Origin: a virus
Length of the DNA: 64,000 nt
Reading direction: 5' to 3' (one strand)
IMG/VR virus record: IMGVR_UViG_3300029314_000002
Location: 5,460-69,459 of that record
Below the pieces are notes generated by a model. It saw nothing but the letters and a program-made list of their open reading frames with translations. It ran no database searches and was not told the origin of the DNA. A program made the position numbers and the translations under genes. Below are positions 31,796 through 40,358 of this stretch, one piece after another. Position 1 is the first letter of the stretch. Each line of letters starts with the position of its first letter.

Positions 31796-32338
31796 TTATG
31801 CGGCGCTGGGCGCTGCAAGGATGGTGTTGTTGGGGCCAACGCTAAGGCCGGCCGGGGTGAGCAGGATGTCGAGCAGGGTCTGGTGATCTTGGGTGGACGT
31901 TCCGATCTGCTCTGCTATGCCCTGGCCGATCATTTGGTAGGATGTGACGGCGCCCCCTCGGGCCAGTTCGATGAGGACGTTTTGTCCGGTATATGTGGTG
32001 TACATGACGTTTCTCCTTATTTTTCTTCTTGTCTTGCCACCTGACCGCCCAGGTGGGCAATCGCCGCTAGCAGGCAGGCCAGCCGGCGTTGATTCAATTC
32101 TGTGCCCACGAAGGGCTTGCCTGCCCGGTAGGCTGCCAGCCCTACCAGGCCGCGGCCCATGCAGCGGCGCCGGGCTGGGCGTGATTTCAACCGCCAGCAT
32201 GGCCGCGATGCGATCCATCACGTCCATGCGGACGGCGATCTGCGCCAGGGCCACGTCGAGCGGGACGCCCAGGCGGCGAGCCAGGTTGTCGAGCCGGGTG
32301 GCCGTATCTGCGGATAGGGTGAGCGTGCGGTCGTTCAT
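31796..32338 (-). CDS. RHH-type N-terminus + P/G/R-rich linker + 69-aa C-terminal module (which may also be made separately from ATG 32005)
   Basis: RTLTLSADTATRLDNLARRLGVPLDVALAQIAV; in-frame internal AAGGAG-N6-ATG at 32005. Confidence 0.5.
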   Translation of the reverse strand: MNDRTLTLSADTATRLDNLARRLGVPLDVALAQIAVRMDVMDRIAAMLAVEITPSPAPLHGPRPGRAGSLPGRQALRGHRIESTPAGLPASGDCPPGRSGGKTRRKIRRNVMYTTYTGQNVLIELARGGAVTSYQMIGQGIAEQIGTSTQDHQTLLDILLTPAGLSVGPNNTILAAPSAA

Positions 32339-32346
32339 CTGGGCCT

Positions 32347-33345
32347 CTATAGCGGAATCTCTGCCATCATCTGGTCGCGGGCTTTGCCGAAGTTGAGGGT
32401 GGTCTCCGGGATGCCGGCGAGGAGTTCCTGCGCCTGCTGGATCAGCAGGGACAGCTCGGCGCGCGGCGTTTCTCGAAACGGAATGCGCTTGCTGTATTGG
32501 TAGTTGATGTGCATGTCGAAGATATGAATGTCTAGCGTCGTCTGCCCGGCCAACTTGCGTAACAGGGCCAGATCGTGCGCCTGGTCTGGGTTCGCCTGGC
32601 TTGGATTGAGAAAAGTCTCGAACTTGAGCGGATGGCCCGGCTGATCCCTGATCTCCAGCGCCAGGCGGATCACGGCGCCGGCGTCAGGGTAGAGGCCAAG
32701 CATGGTCTGGAACGCCACCGGCACGCCGGGGCGATGTGCGCTTTGTGCGTCTTTCCGTTCGCACTTGACGATGATGGCGACCTGGTCGTTCACCTCCATC
32801 GCTACGGCGGTCGCCTCCGGCCACATGCGCAGCACCTGCGCCACATTCACTGGTAATGAGACTGACATAGGTTCCTCTCCTTCGATGAGTCTGTAGATGC
32901 CGGCCGACCGATTGCCGGCGCCAGTCGTTTCGGCACGCCGCCATAGACGTGACGGCAATGTGATGTTGTGCTGCTCGACGCGATCGCCGGGTTGCACGGG
33001 CGGGCGGCCGGCCATCGTGCCGCGCACGCCGCCAGGGCGGTCGGAGCGCGGGGCGCGGTCAACGACGGTCGAGAGGGGGGTCGCAACGCCTATGTCATGA
33101 ATTGGCACATCAAGGAGCAGATCAATCGTGAGTTTGGTGTGCCGCTTCCCTTCGTCCCCGGAGAGGACGTGAGCGTTGTCGCCATCGTCCCAGCCGATGA
33201 GGGCCTTCCAGTATTGTCCGGGACGCGCAGACTCCAGATGGGAGCCGTTGCGCGCGACGATGAGCAGCCGGCGCGGCGGGTTGGCTGCGTAGTAGTAACG
33301 GCGGGCGCCATCTATGGTCTGCTCGCCAGTCTTGATGACACGCAA
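32347..33345 (-). CDS. Hypothetical protein; in-frame internal start at 32868 (173-aa product) has a strong RBS
   Basis: AAGGAGAGG-N5-ATG precedes MSVSLPVNVAQ. Confidence 0.5.
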   Translation of the reverse strand: MRVIKTGEQTIDGARRYYYAANPPRRLLIVARNGSHLESARPGQYWKALIGWDDGDNAHVLSGDEGKRHTKLTIDLLLDVPIHDIGVATPLSTVVDRAPRSDRPGGVRGTMAGRPPVQPGDRVEQHNITLPSRLWRRAETTGAGNRSAGIYRLIEGEEPMSVSLPVNVAQVLRMWPEATAVAMEVNDQVAIIVKCERKDAQSAHRPGVPVAFQTMLGLYPDAGAVIRLALEIRDQPGHPLKFETFLNPSQANPDQAHDLALLRKLAGQTTLDIHIFDMHINYQYSKRIPFRETPRAELSLLIQQAQELLAGIPETTLNFGKARDQMMAEIPL

Positions 33346-33415
33346 CTCGCCGGCCGGCTGGCCATAAAAGTATTATAGCTGTCAAATTGATTGAGTGCGT
33401 GTGAGCGTTGGTGGT

Positions 33416-33448
33416 TTGCAAATTATAGAACATGTGTTCTATAATTTG
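33416..33448 (+). promoter_or_regulatory. Promoter TTGCAA-N18-TATAAT overlapped by a 30-bp perfect palindromic operator
   Basis: CAAATTATAGAACA-TG-TGTTCTATAATTTG. Confidence 0.65.
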
Positions 33449-33495
33449 GCATTGACGAATGCTTGTTACGTAGTTGTATGAGATCAGGAGGGTGT

Positions 33496-34209
33496 ATGTC
33501 GGTTGATTTTGGGGGTATGCGCGTGGTGAAGGCGAATGATCTGCTGCCGGATGAGCATAATGCAAATCTGGGGACGGATCGGGGGCGCGGGATGTTGGAT
33601 AAGTCGCTGCGCGATTTGCGGGCAGGGCGTTCGATCCTGGTGGATCGGAATGGGAAGGTGATTGCCGGCAATAAGACGCTGCAGAGCGCAGCCGGGGTGG
33701 GGATTGAGGAGATCATCATTGTGCCAACGGACGGGAGCCGGCTGGTGGCTGTGCAGCGCACCGACCTGGATTTGGACACAGACGCCGATGCTCGCGCCCT
33801 GGCCTATGCCGATAATCGCGTGGCCGAGCTTGATCTGGTGTGGGACATCGAGCAGTTGATGCGCGACATCGAGAGCGGCGTGCAGCTCGATGGCTACTTC
33901 TACGATGATGAGGTGGCCCGGCTTATCGAGGGCATCATCGAGGACGAGAAGGGGGATAAAGCCAAAAAGGCGGGCGGTGACGCGGCGCCGGCGATGGCGT
34001 TGCAGCCGTTCGAGCATTACGACTATGTGATGCTGGTGTTCAGGAATCAGATGGACTGGACGAAGGCCGTGTCGTTCCTGGGCATTGACCGGGCGGCGTT
34101 CGATATTGGGAAGGGCCGGCGCAAGGTTGGGATGTGCCGGGTGATTGATGGCGCGAGGGCGATAGATAAATGGGAATCAGGGTCGTCATTCCAAGTAAGA
34201 GCCGAGTAG
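33496..34209 (+). CDS. ParB-like nuclease-domain protein
   Basis: Start MSVDFGG (GGAGGG RBS); LLPDEHNANLGTDRGRGMLDKSLRDLRAGRSILVDRNGKVIAGNKTLQSA. Confidence 0.7.
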   Translation: MSVDFGGMRVVKANDLLPDEHNANLGTDRGRGMLDKSLRDLRAGRSILVDRNGKVIAGNKTLQSAAGVGIEEIIIVPTDGSRLVAVQRTDLDLDTDADARALAYADNRVAELDLVWDIEQLMRDIESGVQLDGYFYDDEVARLIEGIIEDEKGDKAKKAGGDAAPAMALQPFEHYDYVMLVFRNQMDWTKAVSFLGIDRAAFDIGKGRRKVGMCRVIDGARAIDKWESGSSFQVRAE

Positions 34210-34901
34210 GGGATTGCCGCACCGCGCTTGCGCTGTTTCCTGGGGCCACGGTTGTGGTCAATGAGGAGCAGGCGCAGCAGTATGAGGTGCTGGGGGCGCC
34301 GCTGCTGGCGCACCCCAAAGACTTGTGGGGGATTGGGCCGCTCAAGAATTGGATTCTGGATCATGTGGATGATGAGTGTGTGTTCATCGTGGACGATGAT
34401 GTGTACCAGGTGCGCTCGCCGGTTGGTTCTCCGACCAGGTCACATGTGATTCGTGATCCAGAGGCGATTCGGCAGTTTGTGGAGAATACGGCGGAGATTG
34501 CGCGGGGGATTGGGGCGCCTGTGTTTGGTTTCGATCAGACGGGCGGGGATACGCGTAAGTTCAGGCCGCAGGACCCGATGAGGTTTTGCGGGTGGGTGGG
34601 TGCGGCGATGGGGATCGTTGGGCGGGAGATTCGTTTCGATCCTGAGTTGCGGATTCGGGCGGATATTGATTTTTGTCTGACGGCGCAGTTGCGCCGGCGG
34701 GTGATTGTGATGGACGGGCGATTTTCGTTCATTCACAGGAAGCGGTGGAGTTATCCGGGAGGAAATAGCCTGAGCCGCAGCGGGAAGCGGAATCAGGCGG
34801 AGTTGGCTTATCTGCAGCGAAAGTGGGGGGAATGGATTACGGTGCAGAATTCGGCGACGACGACGCTGATTGTGGTGAATGTGGAAAGGAGATGGCGATG
34901 A
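34170..34901 (+). CDS. GT-A-like glycosyltransferase candidate
   Basis: VVIPSKSR ... ECVFIVDDDV (DxD-like); family not verified. Confidence 0.5.
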   Translation: MGIRVVIPSKSRVGDCRTALALFPGATVVVNEEQAQQYEVLGAPLLAHPKDLWGIGPLKNWILDHVDDECVFIVDDDVYQVRSPVGSPTRSHVIRDPEAIRQFVENTAEIARGIGAPVFGFDQTGGDTRKFRPQDPMRFCGWVGAAMGIVGREIRFDPELRIRADIDFCLTAQLRRRVIVMDGRFSFIHRKRWSYPGGNSLSRSGKRNQAELAYLQRKWGEWITVQNSATTTLIVVNVERRWR

Positions 34902-36166
34902 CGCGCGTGTGCGTGATTGGGCTTGGGTATGTGGGGACGGTGGTGGCGGGGTGTCTGGCGGCAATAGGACATCGGGTGATGGGGGTGGAGAAGGATCGGC
35001 AGCGAGCGGATGATTTGCGGGAGGGCCGGCTGGCGGCGGCAGAACCGGGGTTGGGTGATTTGTGGGCGAGGGCGCTGGCGGGCGGGGCGCTGACGGTGGA
35101 GGATTCAATTGGGTATGCGGTGGAGCGGTGTGATGTGGTGATGTTGTGTGTGGGGACGCCTGCGGTGGCGGGCGGTGGGTTCGATTATGGGGATCTGCGG
35201 GCGGGATGCGAGGAGGTTGGGAGGGCGTTGGCGAATCAGGCGGAACGGCGCTTGGTGGTGGTGCGGAGTACGGTGACGCCGGGAACAACGCGCGGGGTGG
35301 TGGTGCCGGCAGTCGAGCGGGCTGCAGGGAAACGCGCGGGCGATGGGTTTGGGGTGATTTATAATCCTGAGTTTCTGCGTGAAGGGTATGCGGTGGGGGA
35401 TTTTATGCGGCCTCCGTTCGTGGTGATTGGGGGGGACGATGCGCAGGATCGGGCACAGTTGCGGGAGTTGTATGTTGGGGTTGATGGGCCGCTGGTGGAG
35501 ACGGCGGTGGAGACGGCGGAGCTGGTGAAGTTGGTGAGTAATGTGTGGCACGCGTTGAAGGTGACTTTTGCGAATGAGATGGGGCGGATGAGTCGCTCGC
35601 TGGGGGTGAACGGGCAGGAGTTGATGGAGATTTTTTGCCGTGATGAGCGGTTGAATATCAGTGCTGCATACCTGCGCCCTGGTTTTGCGTTTGGGGGGCC
35701 GTGTTTGCCGAAGGATGTGCGGGCGTTGATGGGGTTGGGGGCGCAGCGCGGGCTGATGTTGCCATTGTTGGAGGCGGTGCTGCCGAGTAACGATGTGCAT
35801 GTGGAGCGCGCGGCGCAGGTGGTGAAGCAGACGCGCGCGGAGCGGATTGGGGTGATTGGTTTGGCGCACAATCAGCATACGGGTGATCTGCGGGATAGTC
35901 CGGCGCTGCGGTTGATTGGGTGCTTGACGAATGGGGAGCTGCGCCGGCGGGTGCGGGCGTTCGATGAGTCGGTGCCGGTGGCGCCGGTGAGAGACGAGGC
36001 GCAGGTGGAGGTTGTGGGGTGTATAGAGGATGTGGTGCGGTGGTGCGAGGTTTTGGTGGTGACGACGAAGGTTGATTATGGGCAATTGCGGTTGCGGCCT
36101 GGGCTGTTGGTGGTTGATTTGACGCGCGGTGATGAGGGTGCGTTTTTACAAATGGGGGTAGCGTAG
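34898..36166 (+). CDS. ugd: UDP-glucose/GDP-mannose 6-dehydrogenase family enzyme
   Basis: VCVIGLGYVGTVVAGCLA Rossmann; GFAFGGPCLPKD catalytic Cys; ATGA overlap with the upstream stop. Confidence 0.9.
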   Translation: MTRVCVIGLGYVGTVVAGCLAAIGHRVMGVEKDRQRADDLREGRLAAAEPGLGDLWARALAGGALTVEDSIGYAVERCDVVMLCVGTPAVAGGGFDYGDLRAGCEEVGRALANQAERRLVVVRSTVTPGTTRGVVVPAVERAAGKRAGDGFGVIYNPEFLREGYAVGDFMRPPFVVIGGDDAQDRAQLRELYVGVDGPLVETAVETAELVKLVSNVWHALKVTFANEMGRMSRSLGVNGQELMEIFCRDERLNISAAYLRPGFAFGGPCLPKDVRALMGLGAQRGLMLPLLEAVLPSNDVHVERAAQVVKQTRAERIGVIGLAHNQHTGDLRDSPALRLIGCLTNGELRRRVRAFDESVPVAPVRDEAQVEVVGCIEDVVRWCEVLVVTTKVDYGQLRLRPGLLVVDLTRGDEGAFLQMGVA

Positions 36167-36211
36167 TATGATTTGCGTATGGGAATAGGCCGGGAGGGTG
36201 ATTTTGGGGTG

Positions 36212-36231
36212 AAAAGGCGTTAAAAGGCGTT
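36212..36231. repeat. Tandem AAAAGGCGTT x2 in the lower-GC gap before the terminase genes (cos/terminase-binding candidate)
   Basis: Read directly. Confidence 0.3.
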
Positions 36232-36277
36232 CTGGGGCGTCATTTTATTTGGCTCTTTGTGTATAGGTTTGGGGCAG

Positions 36278-36988
36278 ATGGACGACGCCAACGCGTGGGA
36301 TCGGTTGGATGGGGAGTCGAGTTTGTGGTTCGTGCGGTTCGACGCGTACCGGTTGTTGGGGCCGCGGCGAACGCTGCAGCGGGCGGTGCGCGCGGAGCGG
36401 GCGCAGGAGAAGGAGAGTTCGCGCGCGCGGCGCGTGCCCGGCTCCTGGGGACGTGCGGCGCAGCAGTGGCGATGGGAGGAGCGGGCGCAGGCGTGGGACG
36501 AGGAGGTGCGCCGGCGGGATGAGGAGCGATGGGAGTTGCGGCGCCGACGGTTGCGCGAGAGGGAGTGGAAGTCGGCGCAGGATTTGGTGGGTAGGGCGAA
36601 GCAGATGTTGGCGTGGCCGTTGGCGCGCCAGGAAAAGAAAGATGAGGATGGCCGTCAAACGACGGTGGTGATGCCGGCGCGCTGGACGATGCGCGATGCG
36701 GCATCTTTTTTTGAGACGGGGTCAAAGCTGGCGCGGCTGGCGGCCGACATGGCGACCAGTAAGGAGAAACACGAGGTCGGCGGGTCAATTGAGATAAAGC
36801 GGCCCTTCGATCTGGAGAAACTGAGCGATGACGAGCTTGCTGCCCTCCTTGCCAACCTCCGGGCGGTTGCAGATGGCGCTGGCGGCGCAGGCGCACCTGG
36901 TGCAGCGCCGGCGGGCGACCGGGGGCGACGATCTGCTGACGTGGACGATGAAGTACCGGATCATGCTGTCGCCGAAGACGCCGTTTGA
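36278..36988 (+). CDS. Terminase small subunit candidate
   Basis: Position upstream of and overlapping terL; WFVRFDAYRLLGPRRTLQRA HTH-like; charged coiled region. Confidence 0.5.
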   Translation: MDDANAWDRLDGESSLWFVRFDAYRLLGPRRTLQRAVRAERAQEKESSRARRVPGSWGRAAQQWRWEERAQAWDEEVRRRDEERWELRRRRLREREWKSAQDLVGRAKQMLAWPLARQEKKDEDGRQTTVVMPARWTMRDAASFFETGSKLARLAADMATSKEKHEVGGSIEIKRPFDLEKLSDDELAALLANLRAVADGAGGAGAPGAAPAGDRGRRSADVDDEVPDHAVAEDAV

Positions 36989-38534
36989 CCTGACCAATCA
37001 CGCGTATCTGCAGGGTCTGTATGAATGCGACGCCCGGCAGATGGTGGTGAAGAAGGCCGGCCAGGTGGGCGCCAGCGAGTACCTGGTGAGTTATGCGCTG
37101 CACGCGGCGGACGCGCGGCGCATGGATATTTTGTACGTGATGCCCACAGATGACGATGTGTCGGATTTCAGCCGCACGCGGTTTGGGCCGGCGTTGGAGG
37201 CGAGCACGTACCTGGCGGAGATCGTGGTGGATGGCTCGGCGGATGCGCGGCGCGGCGCGGACCGGGTGACGTTGAAGCGCATTCACAATAGTTGGCTGTA
37301 CTTCCGTGGCGGTCGCGTGAAGCCGGACGGTAACGCGCCGCAGTTGAAGTCGTTGCCGGCCGACGGTATCATCCTCGATGAGTACGATGAGATTGACGTG
37401 CGAGCGCCGGAGCTGGCGCGCAAGCGCCTGGGGCACAGCGCACACAAGGAGGAGCGTGATGTCTCCACGCCAACCTACACGGGCGTGGGGATTGATCTGG
37501 AATGGCGCAATACAGATCAACGCCTGTGGCACCTGCGCTGTGACCACTGCGGGACGTGGCAGACGCTCACGATCCAGCAGGTGGTGATCGAGCAGGATGA
37601 ACTGGGCCGGCCGGTGGACTGGTGGGGCCGCGCGGAGGGACGCGCGTTTGTGGCGTGCCGGCGCTGCCAGCGGGAGATGAACCGCCTGGCGGTCGGGCAG
37701 TGGGTGCCCACCTTCCCAGGGCGTGACGTGGCGGGCTTTCATCTGTCGAAGCTGTTCAGCGCGCAGGCCAACCTGATGAGTACGATCAGGGCGCTACAGA
37801 CAGCCGACGAGTCGAAGCGTAAGGAAGCCTTCAACCAGGACTTGGGGGAGCCATACACGCCGCAGGGGGGCGGGCTGACTGACCAGGTGCTGGATGCGTG
37901 CCGGCGTGAGTATGCGCCAGGAGCGCTGGCTAAGGAGCGCACGGTGATGGGTGTGGACGTGGGGCGGGTGCTGCACTACGTGATTAGAGGGCCGGCGGAT
38001 GCGACCACGGGCGAGCGACCGCTGCGGCGGGCCGGCGAGGCGGTGTCGTTCGATGAGGTGGGGCGGTTGATTCGGGCGTTCAATGTGGGCGTCTGCGTGA
38101 TGGATGCCTTGCCGGAGACGCACGCCGCGCGTAAATTGCAAGGCGAGGTGAACGCAGGGCGGCGGGGCACGGTGTGGCTGGCATACTATTCCAGCTTCGA
38201 GGGCACGCGGCATGAGGACATCGGCCAGTGGAACGACAAAGAGGGCATTGTGACATTGGACAGGACGCGCGCGATGGATGAGATGATGGTGCGGTTCACT
38301 GATGGCAAAAACACGCTGCCGGCGACCATGCGCAGCAGCGTGGACTACTACGAGCATTTGAAGGCGTCAGTACGGGTGACTGAACGCAAACGCGACGGGA
38401 ACCTGGCCGCGCGTTACGTGGAAAGCGGGCCGGATCACTATGCTCATGCGGAGACCTACTGTGCTGCAGCCAGCCTGCGGCCGCGAGCGGTGGGTGTGCT
38501 GGCGCAGGGTACGGCGAAGGGGTGGGGGATTTGA
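36828..38534 (+). CDS. terL: Terminase large subunit, GpA (lambda) family
   Basis: KKAGQVGASE, IILDEYDE, CDHCG...CRRCQ zinc motif; exact start uncertain (36828, 36873 or 36948). Confidence 0.9.
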   Translation: MTSLLPSLPTSGRLQMALAAQAHLVQRRRATGGDDLLTWTMKYRIMLSPKTPFDLTNHAYLQGLYECDARQMVVKKAGQVGASEYLVSYALHAADARRMDILYVMPTDDDVSDFSRTRFGPALEASTYLAEIVVDGSADARRGADRVTLKRIHNSWLYFRGGRVKPDGNAPQLKSLPADGIILDEYDEIDVRAPELARKRLGHSAHKEERDVSTPTYTGVGIDLEWRNTDQRLWHLRCDHCGTWQTLTIQQVVIEQDELGRPVDWWGRAEGRAFVACRRCQREMNRLAVGQWVPTFPGRDVAGFHLSKLFSAQANLMSTIRALQTADESKRKEAFNQDLGEPYTPQGGGLTDQVLDACRREYAPGALAKERTVMGVDVGRVLHYVIRGPADATTGERPLRRAGEAVSFDEVGRLIRAFNVGVCVMDALPETHAARKLQGEVNAGRRGTVWLAYYSSFEGTRHEDIGQWNDKEGIVTLDRTRAMDEMMVRFTDGKNTLPATMRSSVDYYEHLKASVRVTERKRDGNLAARYVESGPDHYAHAETYCAAASLRPRAVGVLAQGTAKGWGI

Positions 38535-38613
38535 GATGTAATAGCATTTACCGACTGATAACGGTTATCAGTCGGTAAATACTGCTACGTTTTCGTGGTT
38601 GAGGAGGTGAGGT

Positions 38614-40029
38614 ATGGCGAGTTGGTTGGGGCGATTGTTGGGTAGAGAGGAAACAAAGACACGGGCAAAGGGCACAGGATCGGTGACGCCGCAAACGCTG
38701 GCCGGCGGGCGGCTGTCGTGGGACGACGCGGGTATTTTTGGGATGGGCGCCAGCGTGATGATGGCGCCGGAATCGCCAGAGACGACCTGGCGCCAACTCA
38801 ATTTGGATGCGCAGACGCTGGATCGCATGTCGCCGGCAGAGCTTATGCGCCTGCTGCCGGATATTTCGCCGGATGTGAGCCGCGCGCTGTGGGACTTCTT
38901 GCGGCTGTGTAACCCAGGTTGGACGGCGCAGACGTTCGAGCCTGGGAGCAGCAATCCAAGCCCGACCGCCCAGTCTGCGCTCGATGCGTTCCTGGCCCAG
39001 ATCACCGGTCCCTATGCCGGCGATAATCCGGTGGGCGCGGATGTGGTGTTTGGAATGCTTTTCATGGGAGCCTTCCTGCGCGGGGCTTTCTTCGCTGAGA
39101 TGGTGCTGGATGCGGCCGGCCGCGCGCCGTTGAATCTGGCTGCCGTGGATCCGATCAGCGCCCGGTTCGAGAAAGTGACTGATCGCGCGCTGGGACAGGT
39201 CTGGAGGTTGGGGCAGATGCAAGGTGGGCGTTTCGTGCGCTTGGCGCGGCCGACCATTCAGTATGTGCCGATTGACCCGTTGCCTGGCAGCCCCTACGGC
39301 CGGCCGCTGGCTGCGTCTGCGCTCAATACGGTGCTATTCTCTCTTGGTCTGATGAACGATCTGCGGCGCGTGGTGCAGCAGCAGGGATGGCCGCGGTTGG
39401 ACCTGGCGATTGATTTCGACAAGTTGGCGAACCTGATGCCAGCCAACACGGAAGATGATCCGACGGCGGTGCAGACCTGGGCGCGCCAGATTATCACGGA
39501 GGTGCAGAACGTGTACGCCAGCCTGGAGCCAGACGACGCGTACATTCACAGCACGGCGATCGTGGTCAACCAGGGTGTGGGGACGGTGAACAGCAACAGC
39601 CTGGGTGCGATTGACCCCATCATTCGCGCGCTGGAACGGACGGTGATCCGGGCGCTGAAGACCATGCCAGTGCTCATGGGTGTGAACGAAGCCACGACCG
39701 AAACCCATGCCGTGCAGCAGTGGGAGATTCACGCGGCCGGCATCAAGAGCTTGCAGCACAGGCTGGAGGCGATGCTGGAACGGCTGCTCGGCCTGGCGTT
39801 GCAGGCGCAGGGCATTCAGGCGACGGTGAAGTTTCGGTTTGCGGAGTTGCGGGCCTCGGAGCTGATGCGGGATGCACAGACGGAGGCGCTGGTGATTGCG
39901 AACGCCGCGCGCAAGCGCGATGAGGGGTGGATTACGCAGGACGAGGCGGCGCAGGCCGTCGTGGGGCATGTGGCGGTTGCGGAGAAGACGATGTCCGCGG
40001 CCATACCAGTGAGTCTGACAGCGGGGTGA
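38614..40029 (+). CDS. Portal protein
   Basis: 471 aa immediately after terL; MSPAELMRLLPDISPDVSRALWDFLRL. Confidence 0.8.
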   Translation: MASWLGRLLGREETKTRAKGTGSVTPQTLAGGRLSWDDAGIFGMGASVMMAPESPETTWRQLNLDAQTLDRMSPAELMRLLPDISPDVSRALWDFLRLCNPGWTAQTFEPGSSNPSPTAQSALDAFLAQITGPYAGDNPVGADVVFGMLFMGAFLRGAFFAEMVLDAAGRAPLNLAAVDPISARFEKVTDRALGQVWRLGQMQGGRFVRLARPTIQYVPIDPLPGSPYGRPLAASALNTVLFSLGLMNDLRRVVQQQGWPRLDLAIDFDKLANLMPANTEDDPTAVQTWARQIITEVQNVYASLEPDDAYIHSTAIVVNQGVGTVNSNSLGAIDPIIRALERTVIRALKTMPVLMGVNEATTETHAVQQWEIHAAGIKSLQHRLEAMLERLLGLALQAQGIQATVKFRFAELRASELMRDAQTEALVIANAARKRDEGWITQDEAAQAVVGHVAVAEKTMSAAIPVSLTAG

Positions 40030-40032
40030 ATC

Positions 40033-40275
40033 ATGGACGTGCAGGTTGTCGTGGTGCGTGGGGCAGAGAAAGAGAAGCCGGTGTCGTATCGGCTGGAGAA
40101 CGGCGTACTGGAAGTGTGGATTGAGGCAGCGGGCACGCCGCCAGCGGCTAAGAAGGCCGAGGCGTTGGAGGGCGATTACTGGCTGTACCTGCATGAGCAG
40201 GGCGGCCGGCATCGCCCACCAGATAGGGATCATCGGATGCAGAGGCCGGCGCGCGGGCGAGTGCAGCCGCTGTAA
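40033..40275 (+). CDS. Small hypothetical protein
   Basis: 80-aa ORF after portal. Confidence 0.35.
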   Translation: MDVQVVVVRGAEKEKPVSYRLENGVLEVWIEAAGTPPAAKKAEALEGDYWLYLHEQGGRHRPPDRDHRMQRPARGRVQPL

Positions 40276-40358
40276 TGATTGGAGCCGGAAGCCTGGCTGG
40301 GGATCGTCTATCTCGTTTGGAGATAGACCTCTTTGAGATAGCTGGTGTCGGGGGTTAC

